The position numbers were made by a program, and so were the translations under genes. The notes below the pieces were generated by a model. That model was not told the DNA's origin. It did no database searches and saw only the letters and a program-made list of their open reading frames with translations. Of a stretch of DNA of 64,000 bases, positions 60,824 to 64,000 are shown piece after piece. The DNA comes from an uncultured Solirubrobacteraceae bacterium. Its GTDB lineage: Bacteria; Actinomycetota; Thermoleophilia; Solirubrobacterales; Solirubrobacteraceae. Each line of letters begins with the position of its first letter. Positions within the stretch are counted from its first letter, which is position 1. Where the stretch lies: assembly GCA_963787115.1 (NCBI GenBank), contig CAWBBS010000011.1:154123-218122 (forward strand), in the 5' to 3' direction.

Positions 60824-61378
60824 ATGAGCGATGCGACCATGTTGGCGTGGAACCGGGATCATCTGCCGCCGGGTCCGGAACAGGAGGCGGTGATCAAGGG
60901 CATCACCGGGGAAATCGCCGACAAGGGTTTCCTCGTCGCCAATCTCGACAAGGTGGTGAACTGGGCGCGAACCGGCAGCCTGTGGCCGATGACCTTCGGA
61001 CTTGCCTGCTGCGCCATCGAGATGATCCACGCCTACATGCCCCGCTATGACCTCGACCGCCTGGGCATCATCCCGCGCGCCTCGCCCCGGCAAAGCGACG
61101 TGATGATCGTCGCCGGCACGCTGACCAACAAGATGGCGCCCGCACTGCGCAAGGTTTACGACCAGATGCCGGAGCCGCGGTGGGTGATCAGCATGGGCAG
61201 CTGTGCCAACGGCGGCGGCTACTACCATTATTCCTATTCGGTGGTGCGTGGCTGCGACCGGGTCGTGCCGGTGGACATCTATGTGCCGGGCTGCCCGCCC
61301 ACAGCCGAGGCGCTGGTCTACGGGATCATGCAGTTGCAGAAGAAGATCCGCCGCACCGGGACCATCCTCCGTGGCTGA
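60824..61378 (+). CDS. nuoB: NADH-quinone oxidoreductase subunit B
   Basis: [27 protein letters not shown]. Confidence 0.96.
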   Translation: MSDATMLAWNRDHLPPGPEQEAVIKGITGEIADKGFLVANLDKVVNWARTGSLWPMTFGLACCAIEMIHAYMPRYDLDRLGIIPRASPRQSDVMIVAGTLTNKMAPALRKVYDQMPEPRWVISMGSCANGGGYYHYSYSVVRGCDRVVPVDIYVPGCPPTAEALVYGIMQLQKKIRRTGTILRG

Positions 61379-62030
61379 CACGGCTGCAACCGCCGAAGCC
61401 CCGGCACCGGCGCCGTCAGCGACGGAACTTCTGGGGCAAGCCATCGCATCGATCCCCGGCATCTCCGGTTTCCGCATCGAGGGCGGCGAACTGGTCGCTC
61501 ACGCGGCGCGTGATCAACTGCTAGCGGTCATGACAGCGTTGCGCGACGACCCGCGCTGCGCCTTCGAGCAGATGATGGATCTGTGCGGCGTCGACTGGCC
61601 GGAGCGCCCCGAACGCTTCGATGTCGTCTACAATCTGCTCTCGGTCTCGCTGAACCAGCGCGTGCGCGTCATCATCACAGCCGACGCGACCACCCCCGTG
61701 CCGTCGGTCCACTCGGTCTGGCCGGTGGCGACGTGGTGGGAACGCGAAGCATGGGACTTGTTCGGCATCGTATTCTCTGGCCAGCCTGACCTACGCCGCA
61801 TCCTGACCGACTACGGCTTCGAAGGACATCCGCTGCGCAAGGATTTTCCCCTCACCGGCTATGTCGAGGTCCGGTATGACGAGGACCGCAAGCAGGTGGT
61901 CAACGAACCGGTGCGCCTCACCCAGGATTTTCGCACGTTCGATTTCCTGTCCCCGTGGGAGGCAATGACAACGCTGCCGGGCGACGAGAAGGTATTCACC
62001 GAACGCGCTGCCCCGCAGGAGAAAGGCTAG
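61371..62030 (+). CDS. nuoC: NADH-quinone oxidoreductase subunit C
   Basis: [46 protein letters not shown]. Confidence 0.95.
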   Translation: MADTAATAEAPAPAPSATELLGQAIASIPGISGFRIEGGELVAHAARDQLLAVMTALRDDPRCAFEQMMDLCGVDWPERPERFDVVYNLLSVSLNQRVRVIITADATTPVPSVHSVWPVATWWEREAWDLFGIVFSGQPDLRRILTDYGFEGHPLRKDFPLTGYVEVRYDEDRKQVVNEPVRLTQDFRTFDFLSPWEAMTTLPGDEKVFTERAAPQEKG

Positions 62031-62033
62031 CCC

Positions 62034-63243
62034 ATGGGAGACACGACAGGTATCGCGCCGTCCGCCAGGACCGTCGAGATCGACAGCCACTCGATCAATT
62101 TCGGTCCGCAGCATCCGGCCGCGCATGGTGTCCTGCGCCTGATCCTGGAACTGGACGGGGAGGTCGTCGAACGCGCCGATCCGCATATCGGCCTGCTGCA
62201 TCGCGGCACCGAGAAACTGATCGAATACAAGACCTACATGCAGGCGGTGCCGTATTTCGACCGGCTCGATTACGTCTCCCCGATGTGCGAGGAGCATACG
62301 TTCGCCCTGGCGGTCGAAAAGCTGCTCGGCATCACCGCGCCGGACCGCGCGCAGTGGATCCGGGTGCTGTTCGCCGAGATCACCCGCATGCTGAACCATC
62401 TGCTGAACCTCACCACCTACGCGCTCGACGTCGGCGCGATCACCCCCAGCCTCTGGGGGTTCGAGGAGCGCGAAAAGCTGATGGAGTTCCATGAGGCCGC
62501 GTCCGGCGCGCGGTTTCACGCCAACTATTTCCGCCCGGGCGGCGTCTCGAAGGATCTACCGGCCGGCCTGACCGACAGGATCGCGCGCGTGGGCCGAGAC
62601 ATTCCCGAAATTCATCGACGAACTCGAAGAGCTGCTGACCACCAACCGGATCTGGAAGCAGCGCACAGTCGATATCGGCGTGTTCTCGGCCGAACAGGCG
62701 CTGGCCTGGGGCTTCAGCGGGCCGCCGCTGCGCGCATCCGGCGTGCCGTGGGATTTGCGCCGCGCCCAGCCGTATGACAAATACGCCGAGGTCGATTTCG
62801 AGATTGCCGTCGGCCGCAACGGTGACTGTTACGACCGCTACCTGATGCGCATCTACGAGATGCGGGAAAGCCTGAAAATCATCAAACAATGCCTGGCCAA
62901 GATGAAGCCAGGCCCGATCAAGGTGCAGGACCGCAAGTTCACTCCGCCGACACGCCACGAGATGAAGCGCTCGATGGAAGCGCTGATCCATCATTTCAAG
63001 CTTTACACCGAAGGCTATCACGTGCCGGCCGGCGCAACTTACACGGTGGTGGAAAGTCCGAAGGGCGAGTTCGGCGTCTATCTTGTGGCGGACGGCTCCA
63101 ACAGGCCGTATCGCTGCAAGATACGCGCAACCGGCTTCGCCTTCCTCCAGGCAACCGATGTGCTCACCAGACGGCACATGCTGGCGGATGTCTGCGCGAT
63201 CGTCGGATCGCTCGACGTGGTGTTCGGCGAGATCGACAGGTAG
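62034..63243 (+). CDS. nuoD: NADH-quinone oxidoreductase subunit D (frameshift ~62590)
   Basis: [39 protein letters not shown]. Confidence 0.94.
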
Positions 63244-63247
63244 ACCC

Positions 63248-63765
63248 ATGAGCCAGACAAATGGGACAGCCGCCAACGGATCGGCGTTCGAACAGCCACC
63301 CAGCTTCGCATTCGATGAACAGAGCGAGGCCGAGATCGCGCACGCGGTCGCGAAGTATCCCCCCGGCCGGCAGGCAAGTGCCGTTCTGCCGGCGTTGTAT
63401 GTCGCGCAGAATCAGATGAAGCGGCAAACCGGCAGCGCCTGGGTGCCGGTGAAGGCGATGGACGCGGTGGCGGCCCGTTTGGGCATGGCGCCGATCCGGG
63501 TATACGAAATCGCCACTTTCTATTTCATGTTCAACACCAAACCGATCGGGAAATATCACCTGCAGATCTGCACCACCACGCCCTGCTGGCTGCGCGGGTC
63601 CGATGCGGTGACCGATGCCTGCCGAACAGCGACCGGCATCCGAGGATGGGGTGAAACCAGTGCGGACGGCCTGTTCACCATGACCGAGGTCGAATGTCTC
63701 GGTGCGTGCGTCAATGCGCCGATCCTCCAGGTCGACGATGACTTTCTACGAAGACATGGATGGCT
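63248..63765 (+). CDS. nuoE: NADH-quinone oxidoreductase subunit E, 3'-truncated at second junction
   Basis: [35 protein letters not shown]; similarity ends after ..YEDMDG. Confidence 0.92.
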
Positions 63766-64000
63766 CCAGATTTCCGGGCCGGTCGTGCGGTAATGCGCGA
63801 GCCGGTTGGCGGTGTTGTCGAACTGGTTGGCCCAGAACCAGCCATTTTCTTCCGCAAGCCGCTGGGCAACGCGGTTGTAATTGCCGGGATTCCGCTGTAG
63901 GGTTTTTCCGGCACGGTGATCACTTCCGCGCCGAGCGTGCGCAGCAATGCGATTTTTTCCGGCGACTGGGTTTCGTTGATTACTATAGCCGTGTGATAGC
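63765..64000 (-). pseudogene. cysK: Internal fragment of a cysteine synthase (PLP beta-substituting) gene
   Basis: Reverse strand reads [25 protein letters not shown], then after one indel [39 protein letters not shown], ending at the junction. Confidence 0.8.

Overview
The window is three unrelated pieces joined together. (1) 1 to ~53,054 is a high-GC actinobacterial region whose gene content and leaderless starts resemble Thermoleophilia/Solirubrobacterales (inference). It has mostly intact genes: arylsulfotransferase/sulfatase, two tRNA-Ser genes plus a decayed tRNA-Ser 3' copy, an EVE-MarR operon, a GT2/GtrA/methyltransferase cassette, large modular secreted proteins (RCC1, S53 peptidase, FG-GAP/IPT, phospholipase C), transporters and metabolic enzymes. 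(2) ~53,055 to ~63,765 is an alphaproteobacterial (Acetobacteraceae-like) core block, tRNA-Leu-tig-clpP-clpX-lon-HU-tRNA-Val-tRNA-Asp-nuoABCDE, riddled with single-base indels. It starts in the middle of a truncated actinobacterial gene. (3) ~63,765 to 64,000 is an inverted cysteine synthase fragment that cuts off nuoE. Both junctions look like read/assembly chimeras rather than biology. The best candidate for an undescribed system is a cyclic-nucleotide locus at 23,851-33,541: an MBL-fold hydrolase, a CHASE2 class III cyclase lacking the canonical adenine-specifying Lys, a divergent secreted FG-GAP/IPT protein ending in a FecR-like domain, and an MFS-cNMP-binding-patatin fusion. All annotations come from motif recognition by eye; no searches were run.
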